The notes under the pieces are model-generated. The model was given only the letters and a program-made list of their open reading frames with translations, had not been told where the DNA came from and did no database searches. A stretch of 64,000 nt of DNA from Squalus acanthias (taxonomy: Eukaryota). Position 1 is the stretch's first letter. Each line of letters starts with the position of its first letter. Shown in pieces: positions 50,101 to 62,100 of this stretch. The stretch covers positions 131,564,001-131,628,000 of the forward strand of contig CM059434.1 in NCBI GenBank assembly GCA_030390025.1. Reading direction: 5' to 3'. The translations under genes and the position numbers were made by a program.

Positions 50101-53100
50101 GTTGTGCGACCTCTCAATTTTATCTCATAGAAGGCAGAGGGTGGTGGTGGATGGAACATTTTCGGACTGGAGACCAGTTACCAGCGGTGTGCCACAGGGG
50201 TCGGTGCTGGGTCCTTTGCTGTTTGTGATTTTTATCAATGACTTGGAGGAGGGGACTGAAGGGTGGATCAGTAAATTTGCTGATGACACCAAGATTGGTG
50301 GAGCAGTGGATGAGGTGGAGGGCAGTTGTAGGCTGCAAAGAGCCATTGATAGGATGCAGAGCTGGGCCGAAAAATGGCAGATGGAATTTAACCCTGATAA
50401 GTGCGAGGTGATTCATTTTGGTAGGGCAAATTTGAATAAGGATTACAGGGTCAACGGCAGGGTTCTGAGGAACGTGGAGGAGCAGAGGGATCTGGGGGTT
50501 CATATCCACAGATCTCTAAAGGTTGCCACTCAAGTGGATAGAGCAGTAAAGAAGGCCTATGGTGTGTTGGCGTTTATTAACAGAGGGTTTGAGTTTAAGA
50601 ACCGTGAGGTTATGCTGCAACTGTACAGGACCTTGGTGAGACCACATTTGGAATATTGTGTGCAGTTCTGGTCACCTCACTATAGGAAGGACGTGGAAGC
50701 ATTGGAAAGAGTGCAAAGGAGATTTACCAGGATGGTTTGGGGGGGAGGTCTTATGAGGAAAGATTGAGGGAGTTGGGGCTTTTCTCTTTAGAGCAGAGGA
50801 GGATGAGAGGCGACTTAATAGAGGTTTATAAGATGATGAGGGGGATAGATAGAGTGGATGTTCAGAGACTATTTCCTCGGGTAGAGGCAGCTGTTACAAG
50901 GGGGCATAACTATAAGGTGCATGGGGGGAGATATAGAAGGGATGTCCGAGGTAGATTCTTTACTCAGAGAGTGGTTGGTGTGTGGAATGGACTGCCTGCT
51001 GTGATAGTGGAGTCGGACACTTTAGGAACTTTCAAGCGGTTATTGGATAAGCACATGGAGCACACCAGAGTGATAGGGAGTGTGATAGCTTGATCTTGGT
51101 CTCGGACAATGCTCGGCACAACATCGAGGGCCGAAGGGCCTGTACTGTGCTGTACTGTTCTATGTTCTAGTTATATAGGGCCTTGGTGAGACCACACCTG
51201 GAGTACTGTGTACAATTTTGGTCTCCTTACCTAAGGAAGGATATACTTGCCATAGAGGGAGTGCAATGAAGGTTCACGAGATTGATTCCTGGGATGGCGG
51301 GACTGTCGTATGAGAAGAGATTGAGTAAACTAGGCCTGTATTCTCTTGAATTCAGAAGAATGAGCGGGGATCTCATTGAAGCACACAAAATTATTAGAGG
51401 GCTTGATGGATGGATGCTGGGAGAATGTTTCCCTTGGCTGGGGAGTCTAGAACCAGGGGCCACAACCTCAAGATAAAGGGTAGGCCATTCAGGACTGGGA
51501 TGAGAAGAAATTTCTTCACACAGAGGGTGGTGAATCTTTGGAATTCTCTACCCCAGAGGGCTGTGGAGGCTCAGTCATTGGGTATATTCAAAACAGAAGT
51601 CGATAGATTTCTGACTAGTATGGGCATCACAGATATGGCGATAGGGCCGGTGAATGGAGTTGAGGCAGAAGATCAACCATGATCTCATTGAATGTTGGAG
51701 CAGGCTCGATGGGCCGAATGGCCTACTCCTGCTCCTATTTCTTATGTTCTGCCGTATATGGATTAACATAGTCGAGGTCTAACGATTAACCCCAAATCAC
51801 AGTATATTGGCCACTGGCGAATAGTAGGATGCTTATTACGATGGATCTTGCTGTCCTGATTCAGAGCATAAGAACATCTACATTCAATTATTTTTTTCCA
51901 AAATACAAATTTGTAGTTTACCAGTAATACAGCAGTTTTAAGTTGGCTGCAGTAACTGCATGCTGAGAAAGCATTACCAAAGGCAATCTACAAAGGCCAT
52001 CTGCAACTGCCAAAAACAAATGACTTATCTTCGTTCATGTTGATCAAGGGAGATCCCAAGTAAGCCCTGGTAACAATAATAGTAATTAATGTAGATCAAT
52101 GGCTTACCAGACTCTGAGCTCTGCTTTGTCCTGAAGATGTGTGAATTGCCTGAGTGAAGGGATACCTTTACTCTGAAGGGCTACCCTGCTAACTTTGACA
52201 CCTGAGTTGATTGAAATCATTGCAAGAAATGTTTCACAGTGGGTTGGCTTTGATTCATTATAAATGATAGTCGTCTATCTATCTTTGTACTAGCCTAAAT
52301 CAATGAAAAGAAATGTGAATGGGACCAGAGTCAGTTCTGTTATATGGGCCATGGGCTAATAAAGCAGTGAATTTCTCACACAAAAGTTTTTCATCAAAGA
52401 CATGTAGTTCTAGTTACTAAAGTTACTGCAAAGAACTGTTAAGGCGTCTTGGCTATTGGTTTTAAACTACTGGTGAAAAATTCATTATGTAACTGGACAC
52501 ATATTAGAAGGCTCAAACATTAAATTCCAGTTTCATACAAATTTCAATTTGAAATTTTGAGCTAGTTTGCTGATTGATCCATTTTGATCCTGTGCTCTTT
52601 GTCTCATTAAAATATAATTGGTTGTTTTCAGCCTAGGTCATACTAACATTATTTGATTGAATTTTTTGAGGAGGTAAGAAGGAGGGTAGATGAGGGTAGT
52701 GTGATTGATGTAGTGTATATGGACTTTAGCAAGGCTTTTGATAAGGTTCCACATGGCAGACTGGTCACGAAGTTAAAAGCCCATGGGATCCAGGGCAAAG
52801 TGTCAAGTTGGATTCAAAACTGGCTCGGAGACAGGAAGCAGAGGGTACTGGTTGATGGGCGCTTTTGTGACTGGAAGGCTGTTTCCAGTGGGATTCCGCA
52901 GGGCTCAGTACTAGGTCGCTTGCTTTTTGTGGTATATATCAATGATCTAGACTTGAATATTGGGGGTATGATTAAGAAGTTTGCAGATGATACTAAAATC
53001 GGATGTGTGGTTGATACTAAAGAAGGACTGCAGGAAGATATCAATAAATTGGTCAAGTGGGCAGAACAGTGGCAAATGGAATTCAATCCGGAGAAGTGTA

Positions 53101-56100
53101 AGGTAATGCATTTGGGGAGGGCTAACAAGGAAAGGGAATACACATTAAATGGTAGGACACTGAGTAGTGTAGAGGAACAAAGGGACCTTGGAGTGCATTT
53201 TTACAGACCCCTGAAGGTAGCAGGCCAGGTAGGTAAGGTGGTTAAGAAGGCATCCGGAACGTTTGCCTTTATTAGCCGTGGCATAGAATACAAGAGCAGG
53301 GGGGTTATGCTTCAACTGTATAAAACACTAGTTAGGCCTCAGCTAGAGTACTACGTGCAGTTCTGGTCACATTACAGGAAAGATGTGACTGCACTAGAGA
53401 GGGTACAGAGGAGATTTACAAGGATGTTGCCGGGAGTAGAGAATCTTAGCTATGAGGAAAGACTGGATAGGCTGGGTCTGTTTTCCTTGGAACAGAGGAG
53501 GCTGAGGGGAGACCTTATTGAGGTGTATAAAATTATGAGGGGCATAGATAAAGTGGATAGAAAGGACCTATTTCCCTTAGCAGAGGGGTCAAAAACCAGG
53601 GGGCACAGATTTAAAATAATTGGTGGAAGGTTTAGAGGGGATTTGAGGGGAAATTTCTTCACCCAGAGGGTTGTGGGGGTCTGGAACTCACTGCCTGAAA
53701 GGGTAGTAGAGGCAGGATCCCTAACCACATTTAAAAAGTACTTGGATGTGCACTTGGGATGCTCTAACCTGCAAGGCTACGGACCAAGAGCTGGGAAGTG
53801 GGATTAGGCTGGATAGCTCTTTGTTGGCCGGCGCAGACACGATGGGCCGAAATGGCCTCCTTCCATGCTGTAACTTTCTATGATTCTATTTACCAGGAAT
53901 TATACGAATAAACCATACCATTTCCAGTGTACACAACAGAGATAAAAATGGGTTCACGTTTCATCCCAGGCAGGTTACACCCTAGATAGTGTTGATACAT
54001 GATTGCATTTCGGTTCAGAGAGCAGGAACTGCCTATAGAAGTGTTCCTTTGAAGTGAACAGGAGTTAAAAATGTGTTGGAAGATAGTTCAAATTGTAATA
54101 ACCAACACACTCTCACGGACCTCAGAAGGCAGAACATTTACCACACCGAGAGACCAGTTGTCCAGATTTATTTACAGTTTAAAATACACGGAAAGAGAAA
54201 GAGACACCATCTGCAAGGCACAAGTAAGGAGTGTGATGGAATAGTCTCCACTTGCCTGGATGAGTGCAGCTGCAACAACACTCAAGAAGCTCGACACCAT
54301 CCAGGACAAAGCAGCCCGTTGATTGGCACCCCATCCACCACATTACACATTCACTCCCTCCACCACCGGCGTACTGTGGCTGCAGTGTGTACCATCTACA
54401 AGATGCACTGCAGCAACTCGCCAAGGCTTCTTCGGCAGCACCTCCCAAACCCGCGACCTCTTCCACCTAGAAGGACAAGGGCAGTAGGTGCATGGGAACA
54501 CCACCACCTCCAAGTTCCCCTCCAAGTCACACACCATTTTGACTTAGAAGTATATCGCCGATCCTTCATCGTCGCTGGGTCAAAATCCTGGAACTCCCTA
54601 CCTAACAGCACTGTGGGAGTACCTTCACCACACGGACTGCAGCGGTTCAAGAAGGCAGCTCACCACCACCTTCTCAAGGGCAACTAGGGATGGGCAATAA
54701 ATGCTGGCCTTGCCAGCGACGCCCAGATCCCATAAGCAAATAAAAAAAAAATACTAACAGTATACTAATCAAATTTACATTACTTACAAACTAGATTAAC
54801 TGCTTAAAACAAAGACAACCGTATAATTCTTATAGCTCCTCTCAGCAAGTTCCTGGAAATAATCTATTTAAACTACTTCCTCATAGTAAGTAGCTGAGGA
54901 GTGGCCTTAAAAAGACAGGGTAGGTTAAACATATGGGCCATAAAATTCCTCAGGTCGCAATCCTGATGATTATACTGGGATCACACCCAACCGTGTGCTC
55001 CAACACTGACTCCATTGCAGTTTGTGGTGTCAGTGGAAGGACACCTTATTAGCTTGGGGTAGGCAGGCGCAAGTTCCATTATGGGTCAAATTAATATTTT
55101 TCATTGCAGCTTGCTCTGCAATTTCTATTGAACTAAACATCTTTCATTATTCCTATACTTAGCAGAACCTTTTACCTGCACTATCAACTTTGGATCATCT
55201 GAAAACGGCAAGGGAATATTTCTCCATATCATAGCACCATCTTCTGTAAACTTAATTTTATCCGATTGTCTGGGTGGGGAGGCCAAAAAAAGGAAAGAAA
55301 AGTCAATGACTAGACAATGAAACCCAACAGTAACACAGATATTTTTGCCGTATTGTGTTAAATCCGTTAACACTCCCAGATTTTAAAATTAGTGTACCAG
55401 TGACTTACATAACCTACCAATTTCACAACAGCGGAGGAGACATTTGTGAGCTTATTTATCAAGACTGCTCAATTTTTTTGCAGAAGGCAACCACTTCCCC
55501 CTGACCTTCAATGGCACCACCCTTACATTATACTCATTGCAACCCAAAGGAGGAGTATTTGGCTGTGCCCATATGAAGAACAGCAGACATACATAACATG
55601 GAAACACTAGGAAATTAGATTAACTTACTTGTAAATGTCAGTAAAAAAATCTAATTTTCCTTCCCGGATAAGGTTATAATGACTTCCACTGATGCAGATT
55701 AAGCACTTGGGCTAAGGGGAAAGCACATCAAATGCAGTAGATAAACAATCAAGATGAGCAAAAAGTGTTTTTATTCATGATAAAAATGAAACTATGGTCA
55801 AGAAGCTGAGTAACAGATTAATATGACCAACGTTCAGTAAATAAATCCATTGCAAAGGCCGAAATACCAGCCATACATGACCACAGCAAAATGTACGATA
55901 ATGTACGCCACGTCAGAATTAGCAAATGCTCTAGTTTAGTTGGGATGCTTACTCTGAGATTTTCCTATCAGAAGTTTAATTTTTTCTGCATAAAAGCAAA
56001 CTTACCCAATAAATCCCTATTGCAAAACACATGGTATGCCATGGGTTCTCAAGCTAGTTTGAAGGCTACAAGTTAATAAATACACTGATGGAAAATTTAT

Positions 56101-59100
56101 AGCTACCAATTCTCATTTTGACCCTTGCCACTGTAATTTTTCCTTTCACAAACTTCTTTTACCTAGTCAGATGTTTCAAAAAAATGTATACAGGAATTGC
56201 ACTGCAGGCAATGGATTATAAATGAAAATACACAGGTAGTGAACAGATATAACCCCAGTTTAGATCTCACAGTAGTAAGATAACTGACGTTGATATATTG
56301 TATTCTTCTCTAAGCCTGTTTCATGGCTGGTCAACTTACATGAATATTTGGGATCTCTGTTGCCATCAGGAGTGCAAGTGTGAATCCAAGCGAGAGCCCC
56401 AAAAGGGCAACTCTGCCTTTTGCAACCTTTGGATGGTTATTCAGGGTATTGAAGGCCTCCTGTGAATCAGTAAATACAACGTTACAGTGCCCTTTATGAT
56501 CTAACACAGCAACATCTCTATGTATCTGACAATAGTAAACACAAAATGCTTGAATTGCCTTTGCTGCGATGGTGCTGGATCTTCAGCAGAGGATGACTTC
56601 CACCACCCCTTGCCTGTGCCTGACTTTGGCCCATTTCCTGCAACAGGATCATTTATATACTGAGCGAAGGCACCAGTGTCCTTTACAGCATCGCTGGGGT
56701 GCATGCCTTGGAGGCGCGAAGAAGCAGAATTGTTGCAGCGCCTTGCTGGATTTTTTTTTAAAGGGTCAAACTTTTTGAATTTGACAATTTATTTAATGCA
56801 AGTGCTCGCAGAGCAAACTGGCCAATTATTTAACCCCCCGTCCCCCTCCCCCAACCCCCCCAATTTGCTATGTCGCAAATAACAGGAAATAAATCTTACA
56901 ACACCATCTCATTATTTGTGTTCCATTATAATACACAAGCCAGTATGTGGGTGGACAAACTGTACACCCAGCATTACTTCCGGTAGAAAATCCCAGAAGT
57001 GGTGTTGGATGGTAGGGAGCTAGATTTTTTGTCCAGGTTTAGGCATTACCACAAAGGAAATTCAACACCCAAAGCGCCAAGTGTTTGAGAAACAGTAAAC
57101 GTACATTGGAAGTAGGATAAAAAATTATCTAGGATTGTTAGCATAACAAACTGAGCAATTCCAAATTGCTAGATATCAAAAATTATATTCTGTTTCTGAT
57201 AACACGAACTTCCCCCTAAAACAGTCACAAATTACTGAAGCCACGTATGACCAGAAATGGACAATGGGCAAATAGTGCACCATCTTCAGCACTGAGAAGC
57301 CAAAGTCATTACATTGAGAAATAGAGATCTTGATACTGCCCATTCAGATTTATTCTTCAGTTACAAAAAATCAGTTCTTTGGCTTGGTAATCACATCCGG
57401 TCCACATTAGGACATGCAAGTGAAAAAGGTGGCTGTGGTCTGTTACTGTCAACAACTTTAATTTTCCAAAAAGCCTGCATCCACCCAGTAAAGAATACTG
57501 TAGCCTTTTTTGTCAGACAGAAGAGAAAACTCCTCTTTTGCACCTGAACAGAATACATTCCAAAGCAATTTAGAGCGACGGACATGAGGAGCATGAGCAC
57601 AGCCTGATACATACCAGTATCCATCCTCTGCAATGACAGTGAATGCGGTGAGGGGGCAGGAGGTGCCCTGATGACACAAAGGGGGCTATAGATGGGTTGT
57701 GGAAGGAGGCTGACAGGCAGGACTGCAGTGGGAGGGTTGGGGGCCTAATGGGCTGAAAGGGGCAAAAGGCAGTTCAGGTCCCATTCTGCTCTCACCCCCC
57801 TCCACCACAGGGCTTGAAGACCCTGCCCTCCAAATACTGCCAGATTCTAGTACTCCCAGACCGTGGAATCTCCTCTGAAAGTATCGGGACAGACAGACTG
57901 CCATTACTGACACACCCCAGGCTCCCCCAGTGCTGACAGATCAGTAACCCTGATAATACAATTTGGCGTAACATCCTTCTTCTTACAAAACCTCTAAATG
58001 GCCATGGGGGATTTGCTAGTATACAAATCAAAATAATGAAGGAAGAAAATGGGATCCATAAGACAACAGAGCTGAAGGATAACTTCAATTATGTAAAGAT
58101 TTATCACAGCTAAAATGATGTCATCTTTACATTAAGTTTTCCAAATTTAATTCCTCTTAATTATTCAGTGACTTATCACTGGAATTATGGATGTGACAGT
58201 CAATCCAAATTTTACAATTCTTTGACACATTAGTACTTTTGGCACTGATGTTTTCCTGATATAGTAAACATCTGCCAACTTCCTAATTATCACATTTGTA
58301 AATCCAAAGTAGTTGAAACATTGCAACCCATTAAAATATTCTTTACCTCAAAGTAAAACAGTTTTGGCTCAAAGGTTTGATGTGACTGTGGGACCCCCTT
58401 ATGTCCCGTGTAAGCCAAAGCTAAGGTTGCAAATCCTCGGGATGCAAGAAGAGCTGCACGGTATTCAACAAGACCTCCTCCACCACCCCACATATCTACA
58501 ACAGCAGGAAATGGTCCAGGGCCTAAAAAACACAACAGTGATTATAGTTCTAAAATGCATCCAACAGACTGCTATAATTCAGTAGAACATTGTGTACTAC
58601 AGCTGAATCATGATGACTGCACATTGGAAGTACATTTTATAAAACTTGCATGTGTATCGCGCCTTTAGATGCTTCACAAATAGAAAGAACATCTTATATA
58701 GCGCCATTCAGGACCTCAGGACTTCCCAAGGTGCTTTAAAGCCAATGAAGTACCTTTGAAGTGTAGTCCCTGTTGTAATGTAGGAAACGCAGCAGCCAAT
58801 TTGCAGACAGCAAGCTCCCAAAAACAGCAATGTGACAATGACCAGATAATCTGTTTTAGTGATGTCGATTGAGGGGTAAATATTGGTCAGGACACCAGGG
58901 AGAACTCCCCTGCTCTTCTTCAAAATAGTGCCATGGGACTTGGTACAAAGTGGTTCTACACTTAGATCAAGATAATCCATTCAACTGGAATTGGGAATTG
59001 ACCATAATAGCTTTGCATGAGAAGGAAGTGTCTTTCAACTTGTTAGTCACAAGTGGACTATATATAGCACGTTTACCAGACAAAACGTCCCAAGGCACTT

Positions 59101-62100
59101 TACAGGGTTGTACGAAGAGAATCAGAATACCAAGCCGGGGAGACAGTTTAGGAGGCTGAAAATTAATTCAATGCAAGAGAGGCCATAAAATATCACAAAT
59201 GGAAATGTCACATTGGTCCAAGTGGAGTGACCTTCTAAAGTTGGGATTACGGCACATCAGTGGAGTAGAGTAATGGGTGCATTACACTGCAAATGGCTCT
59301 GCTGTATCTGATCTGAGAGTTCTTAGTGTTGACACAATTAAAAATGAAAGTGTTCTATTTCATTGCATCTCTTATCTTGAAGAACCAAAAACGCAATTAA
59401 GATTAAGAAATACTTGTTCCCTTTCACAAATTACCCCACAATCCTATATTTGTATGGCTTCATCACTGGCAGTAGGTTGGTCTGACTGCCTACCAGAGAT
59501 TCTATTACAAATACCTGGATTGAGAACTTAAAGTGACTACTCAGCGAAGGTAAATCTAAGTGTACTTTTTGTTTAAAATACTCCCCTATTTTTCTTTTAC
59601 TGTAAAATAATATTCTCACTACTTTAGCAAAATAACAGGAGTTTCCCTATCACCAAATCCACAATACCCAGTGTAGTTTTCAGCATGGCCATTCAATTTG
59701 GTGCCTACATTATGCAGCTCTGGAACACTGCTCTTGAACACTTTGATGAATTAACTGTTTTCTCAAAGGCTTTGGAGATATCCAAGGCAAAGTTAAGCAC
59801 TGTATACTAAGCAAGTTAGTATATGGATACACACCAAAACAATTGTATACTCCTGGGATGATGTTTCCTCTGAATCAATATTTGTGCTGTTGCTCATGGC
59901 TCACCTTCCAACTGTTTTTCCATTAATTTAGGGGTTTCCCAGTATTCTGTTCCCTCTTCAATAACATCAACTTGTATTTATATAGCGCCTTTAACGTAGT
60001 AAAACGTTCCATGGTGCTTCACAGGAGTGTTATCAAACAAAATTTAACTTTGAGCCACATAAGGAGATATCAGGGCAAAGACAAAGAGGTAGGTTTTAAG
60101 GAGCATCTTAAAGGAGGAAAGAGAGGTAGAGAGTAGGAGAGGTTTAAGGAGGGAATTCCAGAGCTTAGGGCCTCAGCATCTGAAGGAATAGCTGCCAATG
60201 GTGGAGCAATTAAAATTGAGGATGCTCAAGAGGCCAGAATTGGAGGAGCACAGCTTTCTCTGAGGGTTGTCGGCAATGTTCCCCCTAAGCTGCACGGGCC
60301 GCTCATCAGCTTTTCTGCTGGAAAAGATACCGGGCATGTGCAGCCGCTGGACCGCGCACCTAAAATAAAAATTAGATAGAACATTAGTTGTGGGGCTGGA
60401 GGTGGTTACAGAGATAGGGAGGAGCAAGGCCATGGAGGGATTTGAAAACAAGGATGAGAGTTTTAAAATAGAGGCGTTGCTTATCTGGGAGCCAATGTAG
60501 GTCAGCGAGCACAAGGATAATGGGTGAACGGGACTTGATGCGAGTTAGGGTACGGGCAGCAGAGTTTTGGATGACTTTTAAGTTTACGGAGGGTGGAAGA
60601 TGGGAGGCCGGCCTGGGGTTCATTGGAATAGTCAAGTCTGGAGGTAACAAAGGCATGGATGAGGGTTTCAGCAGATCAGCTGAGGCAGGGGTGGAGTCAG
60701 GAGATGTTACGGAGGTGGAAACAGGCGGTCGTAGTGATGGCGTGGATATGTGGTCGGAAGCTCATCTCAGGGTCAAATAAGACACCAAGGTTGTGAACAG
60801 TCTGGTTCAGCCTCAGACAGTTGCCAAGGAGAGGGATGGTGTCGGTGGATAAGAAATGGAGTTTGTGGCAGGGGCCGAAGATAATGGCTTCAGTCTTCCC
60901 AATATTTAGTTGGAGGAAATTTCTGCAAATCCACTACTGGATGTTGGACAAGCAATAAGACAATGCAGAGACAGTGGCGGGGTTGAGAGGTGGTGGTGAG
61001 GTAGAGCTGGGTGTCGTCAGTGTACATGTGGAAACTGATGATGTCGTCGAGGGGCAGCATGTAGATGAGAAATAGGAGGGAGCCAAGGATAGAACCTTGG
61101 GGGACCCCAGAGATAACGATGCGGGAGTGGGAAGAGAAGCCATTGCAGCTGTTTCTCTGGCTTCGACTGGATAGATAAGAATGGAACCAGGCAAGTGCAG
61201 TCCCACCCAGTTGGATGACAGTGGAGAGGTGTTGGAGGAGGATGGTGTGGTCAACTGTGTCAAAGGCTGCAGACAAGTCAAGAAGGACAAGGAGGGATAA
61301 TTTACCTCCGTCAGTCACATAGGATGTCATTTGTGACTTTGATAAGAGCTGTTTCGGTACGGTGGCAGGGACGGAAACCTAATTGGAGGGATTCAAACAT
61401 GGAGTTCCGGGAAAGATGGACACGGATTTGGGAGGCGGCAACACGTTCAAGGACTTTGGAGAGGAAAGGGAGGTGGATATGGGGCGGTAGTTTGCAAGGA
61501 TGGAGGTGTCAGGATTGTTTTTTTGAGAGGGGTGATGACGACAGATTTGAAGGAGGGGGGGACAGTACCGGAGGAGAGAGTACCGTTAACAATATCAGCT
61601 AACATGGGGGCCAGGAAGGGAAGCTGGGTGGTCAGCAGTTCAGTGGGAATAGAGTCGAGGGAGCAGGAGGTGGGTGTCATGGACACTCCATTCGTTCTTC
61701 CCATCAATAACCTCCTCCTTAGATTAATTTCCTACAGATTGCACCCCCTCAGTGTTCAAAACCACCAGACCTCTGGCAGTGTAATGTCTGAATCACTACA
61801 TCTTGATCTCCAGTGTGCCCTTCAATGGTGCAATAAAAATCTTACTTGTTTCAATTTCTTGATGTCTTTCCCAAGTTTAACTCAACAGCTACCATGATTG
61901 TTGACCTTCCTATAAAGCCCCAAGTCCATCCAGGCCTTCAGTATTGTTCTACTAACACCTGTTGCATTTGTCCATCTCCCTATCTCTCTCACACATACAA
62001 CCTTGTCTTTCTCTTTTATTGATAGTTCTCTGCTGTTCTCTGAAATTTCCTCTTTTCATTCCTTCTAAGCTCCAAATAGACCTTCCTACACATTCTTCCT

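Larger units (their letters stand above)
47820..51169 (+). mobile_element. 5'-truncated young CR1 LINE with near-intact ORF2
   Basis: ORF1 end (DGLHLN) at 47826-48026; ORF2 47906-51093 is broken only by the 49957-50120 insertion and a frameshift near 50735; ttctatgttcta tail. Confidence 0.95.

Noticed and set aside
56005-56085. Possible extra ACOT exon with a strong gtaagt donor
   Set aside because: It has in-frame stops, and the exon at 55629-55711 already satisfies phase and homology.
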